A program made the translations under genes and the position numbers. A stretch of DNA of 64,000 nucleotides from an uncultured beta proteobacterium (GTDB lineage Bacteria > Pseudomonadota > Gammaproteobacteria > Burkholderiales > SHXO01), in assembly GCA_963705615.1 (NCBI GenBank), contig CAVPKE010000007.1, forward strand, positions 10,742 through 74,741. The letters run 5' to 3'. Shown in pieces: positions 55,846 to 64,000 of the stretch (position 1 is its first letter; every line of letters starts with the position of its first letter). The notes under the pieces were generated by a model. It ran no database searches. It was given only the letters and a program-made list of their open reading frames with translations, and was not told where the DNA came from.

Positions 55846-56879
55846 TTACTTGGGCAGGTACTTCTTGTCCAGGATGCACGCCACCGAATACTGCGGATCG
55901 ACCACGTTGGCGATCTCGATCTCCGCGGTCTGACCCAGCAGCTGCAGCGCGTCGAGCTTGTCGTAGCCGTAGTCCTCGACCAGCCAGTTGATCAGGTCGG
56001 CGCAGGCGAGCCGCAGCGCGTCGATCAGGGGCCGGGTGCTGCCGATCGACATGATCACCTTGTCGTTGATCAGCCGCGGCCAGCCGATCCGCTTGCCCTT
56101 GATCAGGTTCACGGTGAAGCGCACGTTGAACGAGGTCTCGATGGCCGCGCCGTCGATCTCTCCGTCACCTTGCGCCGCGTGGCCGTCGCCGAGCATGAAC
56201 AGCGCGCCCTTCTCGTTCACCGGAAAGTACATGGTGACGCCTTCGATCACCTCGTTGAAGTCCATGTTCGCGCCGTGCGGGCCGGGAACCAGCGAGCTGA
56301 TGCACTCCTTGCCCGCTGGCGCGGTGCCGATGGTGCCGAAGAAGGGCCGCAGCGGGACTTCGATCTTGCCGATCTTGCTGTTGGGCAGATCGAGCGTGCC
56401 CACGCGCCGGCTCCTGTCGATGCGCCAGATGAACAACTTATCGGGCGCCGGCGGCGTGATCATCATCGTCTTGTACTCGGGCGCGAGCGCCCCGAAGTAG
56501 GGAATCGAGCCGCCCCATCCCCAGTCGCGGTTGAAGTCGATCTTGTCGAGATGGACCACGAGCGTGTCGCCGGGCTCGGCGCCGTCGATGTAGAACGGCC
56601 CGGTCTGCGGGTTGACCTTGGTCAGATCGAGCTTCGACATCAGCGTCTTGTCGTTGACGGAGAACACGTCGTTGGAGGCGTCCCGGGTGCTCGTTACCAC
56701 CGAGTCGCCGGGCTTGATGTGCAGTACCGGCGGATGCGCGTAGCAATAGGTGAACTTGACGTTGTCCCCGGGTCGTACTTGAACTCCGCCGCAAGCGCCG
56801 GCCCGCTCAGAGCGAAGGCGAGTGCAACCGGAAATAGACCGGATGCCGCCAATGCCAGCCTGTCTTGGTCCTTACGCAT
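55846..56879 (-). CDS. Acetamidase/formamidase (FmdA_AmdA) family protein with a signal peptide (one frame change near 56760)
   Basis: MRKDQDRLALAASGLFPVALAFALSGPALA joins ...VVTSTRDASNDVF...GPFYIDGAEPGDTLVVHLDKI...GPHGANMDFNEV.EGVTMYFPV..KGALF.LGDGHAAQGDGEI.GAAIETS. Confidence 0.85.
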
Positions 56880-56912
56880 AGCTACCTCCCTGATCCGTTG
56901 ATTGGTCCAACT

Positions 56913-57934
56913 CTACTGGGTCACGACACTGACGATCGCCTCTGCGCTCATTTCATGGCTCACTCCTTTCTTCGTTTGTTGGGAGACTCTCTTGGTCGCG
57001 GCACCGTGTTCGTAGTGGTTGCTGTCGTACAGCAGGCCGAACAGCTCGGAGTCCGCCGGCAGCACCAATGTCGTGCCTTTCGGGACGAGGTTGCGCGACG
57101 CTTCCATCGTGCGCACGAACCGATAGAACTCGGGGCCCTTGGCCAGCGCCTCGGCGTAGATCTTGCGCCGCCTTGCCCTCGCCTTCGCCGCGGTGCTGCT
57201 GGGCGAGCTTGAGCGCCTCGGACAAGATGCGGCTCTTTTCCTGGTCCGCCACGGCCCGGACCTTGAGCCCCTCCTCCTCTCCCTCGGAGCGGTACTTCAT
57301 GCTGATGCGTCCGCGCTCCGACTTCATCCGGCGCATACAGGGGCAGCCGGTTCTGCTTGCGGAAAATCGAAGCGTCTGAGCAGCACGTCGATCACTTCGA
57401 TGCCGTAGTCGCGCAGCGCGACCTCGCGGCACTTGCTTGCCACTTCCGTGAGGATCGCGTCCGCCCGGTAGGCGCCCGGCTCGGTCGAGACGAAGGCGTT
57501 CAGCGGGCTGCGCCCGATGGCGGCGCCCAGCTCGGCAAACAGGACGTCACCCAGCCTGGACTCCGCGCCGGCCCGGTCGAAGACGGTCTGAAAGAACTTC
57601 TTGGGATCGCCTGATGCGCCAGAGGATGGTGCTCGCGGCAACAACCGGGGTCTTCTCAAGCGTCAGAAACTCGGTCGACGGCGGGGTGTAGGCGAACAGG
57701 CGGCTGTCGAAGGTGCGCACGCTCTGGTACGGGAGCTTGAAGCCGCAGCCCAGGCGTCGTGACAACCTGTACCGGTTTGCCGAACTCGGTGACGAGCGCG
57801 TACTCACCGGTGTCCACCGCGTAGGAGCACAGCAGCGCCATCGCTGCGACGGCCCCAGCCGCCGCCACCGCGACGGCGATTCGCACCCGCCGTCGGCGCG
57901 TCCACCGATCGCCACTCCCATCGGCCTGCGCCAT
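56913..57934 (-). CDS. SPFH/band-7 protein, HflC-like paralog with 3 or more frame changes
   Basis: MAQADG...TM...YAVDTGEYALVTEFGKPVQVVTTPGLR | FKLPYQSVRTFDSRLFAYTPPSTEFLTLEKTPVVAASTILWRI | DPKKFFQTVFDRAGAESRLGDVLFAELGAAIG...GIEVIDVLLRRFDFP | SERGRISMKYRSEGEEEG... | YRFVRTMEASRNLVPKGTTLVLPADSELFGLL. Confidence 0.7.
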
Positions 57935-58115
57935 TTCTCCTCCGCGGTCCTCGTGCGAACCCCCTCATGGCGTTTGCACTGGGCTGGACCGAGCAGTGTG
58001 CGGCGCGCGCACGGATTTGACAAGTGCTCGCACGGAACTGCTCCCGCCGGCCGGTTCGCGCGATGGCGCTTGACGGCTCTGCTACAGTAGAGACCCTCGC
58101 GTTTCGCAGACCGCT

Positions 58116-58889
58116 ATGCCGATCCTTGTCTGGATCATCGCCGCGACGCTGGTAGGCGGCGTCCTCAGCGTGCTCGCCGCTGCAGCCTTTGCACTGCGCG
58201 CGCGGCCGGCGCAGGTGTCCATGCTGATCAGCTATGCGATCGGCACTCTGCTCGGAGCGGCCTTTCTCGAGATCCTGCCACACGCCTTCGAGCTGTCCCC
58301 CAGCGCCGAGCGCGTGAGCGCTACCGTGCTCATCGGCATCCTGCTGTTCTTCGTGCTGGAGAAGCTCATGCTGTGGCGCCATCGCCACGAAGGGCCGGAT
58401 GAGGCACAGCACGACCACAGCGACCACGGCCGCATCGCCACGATGGTGATCGTGGGCGATACCTTCCACAACTGCGTCGATGGCGTGATCATCGCCGGGG
58501 CATTTCTGGTGAGCGTCGAGCTGGGGATCATCACCGCGCTGGCGATCATCACCCACGAGGTCCCACAGGAGGTCGGCGATTTCCTGGTCCTGCTGCACTC
58601 GGGCTACAGCAAGCTCCAGGCATTCGTCTTCAACATCCTCTCCAGCATCGCCATGTTCATCGGCGGAGTGCTCGCCTATTACGGCCTGCAGTCCGTGCAC
58701 CAGTGGGTGCCGCTGCTGTTGGGGATCGCCGCGGCCAGCATGATCTATGTCTCGGTTGCCGACCTCATCCCCGGACTGCACCAGCGGCGGGAGCTGGGCG
58801 CTACGGTACAGCAGGTGTCGCTCATCGCCGCCGGCATCGCCACCATTTGGGTGGTGGGCAACCTGGCGCACTCCATCGCCGCGGTCTGA
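58116..58889 (+). CDS. ZIP-family divalent metal transporter (ZupT-like)
   Basis: ...GAAFLEILPHAFE...His-rich loop HRHEGPDEAQHDHSDH...GDTFHNCVDGVIIAGAF...ITHEVPQEVGDFLVLL.SG. The ORF is intact. Confidence 0.9.
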   Translation: MPILVWIIAATLVGGVLSVLAAAAFALRARPAQVSMLISYAIGTLLGAAFLEILPHAFELSPSAERVSATVLIGILLFFVLEKLMLWRHRHEGPDEAQHDHSDHGRIATMVIVGDTFHNCVDGVIIAGAFLVSVELGIITALAIITHEVPQEVGDFLVLLHSGYSKLQAFVFNILSSIAMFIGGVLAYYGLQSVHQWVPLLLGIAAASMIYVSVADLIPGLHQRRELGATVQQVSLIAAGIATIWVVGNLAHSIAAV

Positions 58890-59081
58890 TGACCGCTCGC
58901 CGCTGTCCCGGGCTCTGGGTGGAGTCGCGCGGACTCTGGTCGGCCGTGCGGGTACAATAGCGGGCGCGATGACGCGCGTCCTCATGAGATCACCCGGCAC
59001 CGCTTCAGCCCCCAAGCTTCTCGGCTCCCCGAACGCATCCGAGCGCGGCCGCGCCGGGAATCTGTCGTCAGCATCTGCCCG

Positions 59082-59838
59082 ATGCCCGAGCCGTTAGCCG
59101 GAAAGGTCGCGCTCGTGACGGGCGCCAGCCGCGGCATCGGCCGTGCCATCGCCCGCAAGCTCGCAACGGCCGGCTGCGACATCGCCGCGAACTACTACAA
59201 CAGCCACGAAGAGGCTGAAGCGCTGTGCGCGCGAGATCCGCGCGCTGGGCCGGCGCGCCTTCCCGATCAAGGCGAGCGTAGGTATCCCGGAGAGCGTGGA
59301 TGAACTGTTCGAGGAACTGCGCGGTCACTTCGACCGGCTCGACATCGTGGTCAGCAACGCGGCGAGCGGCGTGCTCAAGCCCGCGCTCGAAATGTCGCTC
59401 AAGCACTGGCGCTGGTGCCTGGAGACCAACGCGCTGGCGCTCAACCTGCTCGCGCAGCGTGCCGTGCCGATGATGCCTGCGGGCGGCGGCATCATCGCGC
59501 TGTCGAGCCTCGGCGCGGAGCGTGCGATGCCCGGCTACGGCTTCATCGGCGCCTCCAAGGCGGCGCTCGAGTCGCTGGCGCGCACGCTGGCGCAAGAGCT
59601 CGGCCCGCGCGGCATCCGCGTGAATACGGTGAGCGCCGGCGTGGTCGATACCGATGCGCTGAGCTACTTCCCGAACCGCGAGCAGCTGCTATCGAACTTC
59701 GCGCAGCGCACGCCGCTTGGTCCGACGCTCACGCCTGACGATGTGGCCGGCGCGGTGTACCTGCTGTGCCTGCCCGAGGCGCGCATGATCACCGGCCACA
59801 CGCTGTTCGTGGACGGCGGGTTCCGCATCTCGGGCTAG
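59082..59838 (+). CDS. fabL: FabL-type (SDR) enoyl-ACP reductase (one frame change near 59225)
   Basis: [18 protein letters not shown]...[14 protein letters not shown] | [17 protein letters not shown]...[35 protein letters not shown]...[31 protein letters not shown]...[24 protein letters not shown]...[11 protein letters not shown]. It is collinear with B. subtilis FabL as I remember it. Confidence 0.8.
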
Positions 59839-59852
59839 CCGACGCGAACGCC

Positions 59853-60614
59853 ATGGCCCTGGACGCGGGCATCGCCGGAAAGAGCGTGCTGATCACGGGC
59901 GGCAGCCGCGGCATCGGCCGCGCGTTGGTCGAGCTGTTCGCACAGGAGGCAGCGGACGTCACGTTCCTGTTCCGGGACAACAGCGCGGCTGCGGCCGAGG
60001 TTGTGGACGCAGGGCGTAGCGCCGGGCGCAAGATCTCCGCCGAGCAGGTGGACGTCTGCGACTTCGAGGCGTGCGCCGAAGCGGTGGAGCGGATCGTCGA
60101 GCGCTGCTGGTCGCATCGACGTGCTGATCAATAACGCCGGGGTCAGTCCGTGATAACCTTTTGGGTTTGTTCTCGGCCGAAGACGTGCAGACGGTGCTGG
60201 ACACCAACGTCGTAGGGGTGTTCAACGTGACGCGCGCCGTGGTACCGCACATGATCTCCCGGCGGGCCGGCAAGGTCATCAACATCAGCTCGGTCTCGGG
60301 CGAAAAGGGCGGGCGCGGCCAGACCAACTATGCCGCCAGCAAGGGAGCGATCAACGCGTTCACGCGAGCGTCTGGCGGTCGAGCTGGCGCCGCGCCGGAT
60401 CACGGTGAACGCGGTGGCGCCGGGGGTGATCGAGACGGAGATGTCGCAGGCGGTCCGGGACCGCGCCGGGGATGAGGTGAAGTCGCGCATCCTGCTGCGC
60501 CGGTTCGGCTCGCCGCAGGAAGTAGCGTACGCGGTGTGGTTCCTCGCCTCCGGGCTCGCGGATTACATCACGGGCCAGGTGTTAAATGTCGATGGTGGCT
60601 TCAAGATGGAGTGA
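59853..60614 (+). CDS. fabG: 3-oxoacyl-ACP reductase (FabG-like SDR) with 2-3 frame changes
   Basis: GKSVLITGGSRGIGRALV... | IDVLINNAGV... | FSAEDVQTVLDTNVVGVFNVTRAVVPHMISRRAGKVINISSVSGEKGGRGQTNYAASKGAINAFTRA | LAVELAPRRITVNAVAPGVIETEM...RFGSPQEVAYAVWFLAS..ADYITGQVLNVDGGF. Confidence 0.85.
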
Positions 60615-60619
60615 GATGA

Positions 60620-61049
60620 ATGAGTCAGGATGAAACCAGGAAAGAAGAGATCCAAGCGGTCTACCCGACGGTGGCGAAGACGATCGCCGATGCGCTCGGG
60701 TGCGACGTGGATCAGGTCAAGCTGGATGTGTCGCTGATCGAGGGGCTGGACGCCGAGTCGATCGACTTTCTCGATCTCGTCTTCCGCTTGGAGCGCGCCT
60801 TCAAGCTCAAGATCCCGCGCGGCAAGATCATCGAGGACGCCCGCGGCGATCTGCCCGAGGCGCGAGTTCGAGCAGAAGGGCATCGTGACCGACGTCGGGA
60901 TGCAGCGCCTGCGCAGCTTCTTGAGCGAGGTCCCGGCCGACCGTTTCGTCACGCCGATGAAGGTGGCCGACATCCCTCGCCTGTTCACGGCAGAGACTTT
61001 CTGCAAGCTGGTCGTCCGCGCTCAGCGGACCGCAGCCACAGCGGGCTGA
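60620..61049 (+). CDS. Acyl carrier protein with a ~60-aa C-terminal extension (one frame change near 60862)
   Basis: ...VAKTIADALGCDVDQVKLDVSLIEGLDAESIDFLDLVFRLERAFKLKIP contains the D-x-ESID phosphopantetheine site. After the shift: EFEQKGIVTDVGMQRLRSFLSEVPADRFVTPMKVADIPRLFTAETFCKLVV...*. Confidence 0.7.
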
Positions 61050-61085
61050 GCAGATACTCGAGGGCGCGGCGGCGCGCGAGGGCCG

Positions 61086-61928
61086 ATGTCCGGGCATTTC
61101 AGCGCATTCTCCTTCGTCGATCGGATCACGGAGCTGGATGCCGGCCAAGCGCGCGAAAGGCCGCTTCCTGGTGCCCTCGCACCTTGTCTCGCTTCCCATC
61201 GGCGCTGACCGCGGAGGCGGTCGGCCAGCTTGCCGCCTGGAATGCGATGGCCTACCTCGACTTCCGGTGCGGCCCGTCGCCGGGCTGGCGGCGGAGATTC
61301 GGTTCGGACCCGAGGTGCAGCCGGGCCAGAGGCTCGACCTCGAGGTCGTGATCGAGACCTGCGAGCCGGATGCGGTCGAGCTACAGCGGCTGGGCGGATG
61401 CCGATGGCGTGCGGGTGATGGAGCTCGACCACAGCGTGGGGCCGATGCTGCCGATGGAGGAGTTCGACGCGCCGGAGGCGGTCCGCGAGCGCTTCGAGCT
61501 GCTGTGCGGGCCGGGCGCGCCGAGCGGGCGCTTCGCGGGCGTGCCCGAGCACGACATCGAGATCGTCGAGCGAGCTCGCCGAGGAACGAGTGCGGGCGAT
61601 CCTGCGCGTGCCGAAGGAAGCGCACTTCTTCAGCGACCACTTTCCGCGCCGGCCGGTGTTTCCAGCAACTCTGCTGCTCGATGCCCAGATCGGGTTGGCT
61701 TTGAAGTTCGCCGCCGACTGGCAGTGTTGGCCGTCGGGCGCGCAGCTCGCCGCCACGCGCGTCCCCGACATGAAGATGCGCTCGTTCATCTCGCCGGGTG
61801 AGGTTCTGGAGCTTCGCATCGACTTTGCGCCACCGAGCGAGCCGGACAAGGCGACAGCGACCACGGGTGTGCGCGTGAACGGCAAATCGATCGCGAGCGG
61901 GAAGCTCGAGATCGCTGCAGCGGAGTAG
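61086..61928 (+). CDS. Double hot-dog beta-hydroxyacyl-ACP dehydratase (FabA/FabZ-like) with about 4 frame changes
   Basis: MSGHFSAFSFVDRITELDAG... | ...LTAEAVGQLAAWNAMAYLDF... | ...GLAAEIRFGPEVQPGQRLDLEVVIE... | second domain MRAILRVPKEAHFFSDHFPRRPVFPATLLLDAQIGLA...MKMRSFISPGEVLELRI. Confidence 0.7.
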
Positions 61929-61931
61929 CAA

Positions 61932-63247
61932 ATGACGAACGGCAAGCGGCGCGTCGCAATCACCGGTCTTGGGCTGGTCACTCCGGCGGGCAACGACGTC
62001 GAGACGACGCTGGGAACACGCTGCTCCGAGGACGCAGCCGCATCTGCGACCATCACCCGCTTCGACGCCAGCGGCTTCCCCGTGCGGATCGCCGCGGAGG
62101 TCAAGGACTTCGACGACGCCGCGCGGGGGATCGCAAGCTGCTCAAGTTCGCCAACCGATCCCATCGCTTCGCGCTGGCGGCGGCCGATGAGGCGATCCGC
62201 GACGCTGGGATCCGACCTACCGAAGAGACGGGCAGCACGCTGGGGCTGCACCGTGGGAACCGGCATGATGGGAATGGAGTTCGCGGACCTGGTTCGACTG
62301 CATCGCCACAGCGCAGCCGCGGGAGAGCTCGATGCCCGCCGCTTACTGGAAGACGAAGTAGCGCTCGACCCGATGGTCTTCTGCCGCAGCCAGACGCCCG
62401 CCGGGCTGTCGCTGCTGCTGCGCCGCTACGGCATTCGCGGCTACGCCACCTCGGTCCACACCGCCTGCGCCTCGGGTGGACAGGCGCTCGGCACCGCGAT
62501 GAAGCTCATCCGGCGCGGCAGCGCCGATTGGGTGCTGGCCGGCGGCTTCGATTCGATGATCACGCCGATCGGTCTGTCCGGCTTCTGCCTGCTGAACGCG
62601 GTGTCCCCGGACAACGACACGCCCGAGCGCGCCAGCCGTCCGTTCGACATCACCCGCAACGGCTTCGTGCTCGGCGAGGGCGCGGGATTCCTGGTGCTCG
62701 AAGAGTGGGAGTCGGCGCGGCGGCGCGGCGCTCGCATCTACGCGGAGCTCGCGGGCGACGGCAATTCGCTCAGCAGCTACCGCATCACCGACTCGCACCC
62801 GTCGGGCGACGGCCCGATCCAGTCGATGCGTGCAGGCGCTGGGCGACGCCGGGCGCGTCGCTCGACGACGTGGATTATCTGAACGCGCACGGCACCTCGA
62901 CGCCGATGAACGACCGCAGCGAGTGCGCGGCCGTGCGTGCCGTGTTCGGCCCGAAGACGCAGCAGGTCGCGGTGAGCTCGACGAAGAGCGTCATGGGGCA
63001 TCTGATCGCCGCGGCCGGCGCGGTCGAAGCTGCGGTTTGCGCGCTGACCATCCAGCACGGCGTCCTGCCGGTCAACGCAAACTTGAGAGAGGTCGATCCG
63101 GACTGCGACCTCGACATCGTTCGCGACGAGCCGCGCAGGCGCCGGGTGCGCGTGGCCATGTCCAACTCGTTCGGCTTCGGCGGCTCGAACAGCTGTCTGG
63201 TCTTCCGCCACCCCGAGGAGGTGGACGGGCGCGCGGGTGCGGCTTAG
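61932..63247 (+). CDS. Beta-ketoacyl-ACP synthase (FabF/KAS II-like) with about 3 frame changes
   Basis: RRVAITGLGLVTPAGN...ATSVHTACASGGQALGTAMKLIRRGSADWVLAGGFDS...RASRPFD..RNGFVLGEGAGFLVLEE... | DVDYLNAHGTSTPMNDRSECAAV......VSSTKSVMGHLIAAAGAVEA...NSFGFGGSNSCLVF. The C-H-H triad context is present. Confidence 0.9.
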
Positions 63248-63251
63248 CGCG

Positions 63252-64000
63252 ATGGCAAGCAGGCCAAAAATCGTCGTGACCGGTGCCGGCGCCCTGTGCG
63301 CGGCCGGCAAGCATCCCGCGCAGATCTGGGAGGCGCTGCGCGCCGGTCGCTCGGCCCTGTCCCCGATCCGGCAATGGGACACCACGGAGTGGCCGCGCCG
63401 CATCGGCGGCGAGATCGTCGACCTCGATCCGGTCGCGCTGCTGCAAGGATCGCAAGATCCAGAAGTTTATTCGCCGCTCCGACGTGTTCGGGCTGTACGC
63501 CGCCGATCAGGCGATCGAAGCGTCCGGCATCGCGGCGTATCGCGAGACGCTGGACGAAGCGGCGGCCGCGACGTTCAGCGACCGCACCGGCGTATATGTC
63601 GGCTCCGGCGGCGGGAGCTATCAGAGCCAGTACGACTACTTCCCGCTGCTCACCGCAGCCGACGGCGATCTCACAGAGGTTCGGAGCCGAGCTCGGCGAC
63701 ACCGTGAATCCGATGTGGCTGCTGCAGACGCTGCCGAACAACGTGCTGTGCCACGTCGGCATCCGGCACGGCCTGAAGGGCCCGAACGCCTGCATCACCA
63801 ACCACAGCGTCAGCGGCATGCTGGCGATCGTGGAGGCGATGGAAGGCCTGCGACAGGGCGAGGCCGACCGCGCCGTGGCAGTCGGTCACGATGCGCCGAT
63901 CGAGCCGCAGGCGATCCTCTACTGTCACCGCGTCGGCCTGCTCGCGCAGGAGTACGATCCGATCCTTCGACGCACAGCGTGACGGCAGCTTGTTCGGCGA
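63252..64000 (+). CDS. KS-like partner protein lacking the active-site Cys (NHSVSG); 2 or more frame changes; continues beyond the right edge
   Basis: MASRPKIVVTGAGALCAAGKHPAQIWEALRAGRSALSPI... | ...FIRRSDVFGLYAADQAIEASGI... | ...MWLLQTLPNNVLCHVGIRHGLKGPNACITNHSVSGMLAIVEAMEGLRQGEADRAVAVGHD. Confidence 0.8.

Noticed and set aside
58951-58960. GGTACAATAG as a possible -10 (TACAAT) box for the FAS-like operon
   Set aside because: There is no acceptable -35 element at 16-19 bp, and the box lies more than 120 bp upstream of the first ATG. The evidence is too weak to list as a feature.
57804-59015. 403-aa minus-strand ORF
   Set aside because: It is antisense to the intact ZIP transporter gene and has a low-complexity Arg/Asp/His-rich composition.
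1-64000. Programmed ribosomal frameshifting as an explanation for the frame changes
   Set aside because: There are far too many sites, in unrelated genes, in both +1 and -1 directions. I saw no slippery heptamers or downstream structures at the sites I inspected.
1-64000. Prophage, integrative element, insertion sequence or defence-system (RM, CBASS, Abi-type ATPase/nuclease) content
   Set aside because: No integrase, transposase, recombinase, phage structural, methyltransferase or defence-type NTPase/nuclease signatures were seen in any frame. The only addiction-type genes are the small TA/Fic modules.

Overview
GC-rich (about two-thirds G+C by eye) bacterial chromosomal segment. The DUF1840-upp pairing, the REP families and the Burkholderiales-like gene content suggest a betaproteobacterium; this is inference only. 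I saw no rRNA, tRNA, CRISPR array, integrase or transposase.

Content from left to right:
- selO, then a dense toxin-antitoxin/Fic island (1.6-7.4 kb) interrupted by a membrane 2Fe-2S-ferredoxin/nucleotidyl-cyclase fusion.
- A low-GC VOC gene bracketed by REP-like elements.
- c-di-GMP proteins, an MFS pump, two more PIN-type TA pairs, a YciI/ECF-sigma/VOC trio and cinA.
- A GAF-GGDEF protein with a degenerate A-site but an intact I-site.
- A CHRD protein and a 926-aa W/G-rich secreted protein.
- namZ, panE, upp and glpD housekeeping genes.
- An orphan 6-Cys bufferin-like peptide gene.
- An FdrA/DUF1116/DUF2877 (oxamate-carbamoyltransferase-like) + carbamate kinase + NCS2 permease cluster, placed divergently to a cysteine hydrolase/allophanate hydrolase pair.
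- A Ser/Thr kinase / FHA-cyclase / FecR / DUF3365-HAMP signalling module.
- A run of four SPFH (HflK/C-like) genes around a His-rich Cu/Zn-type permease and a secreted formamidase, next to a ZIP transporter.
- A self-contained type II FAS/PKS-like operon (FabL, FabG, ACP, double-hotdog dehydratase, KS, Cys-less KS partner) that runs off the right edge.

Major caveat: on the order of sixty reading-frame changes interrupt otherwise well-conserved genes. Many long ORFs in the supplied track are therefore chimeric or antisense artefacts. Most gene boundaries below were rebuilt by hand translation across frames. Frameshift positions are approximate.
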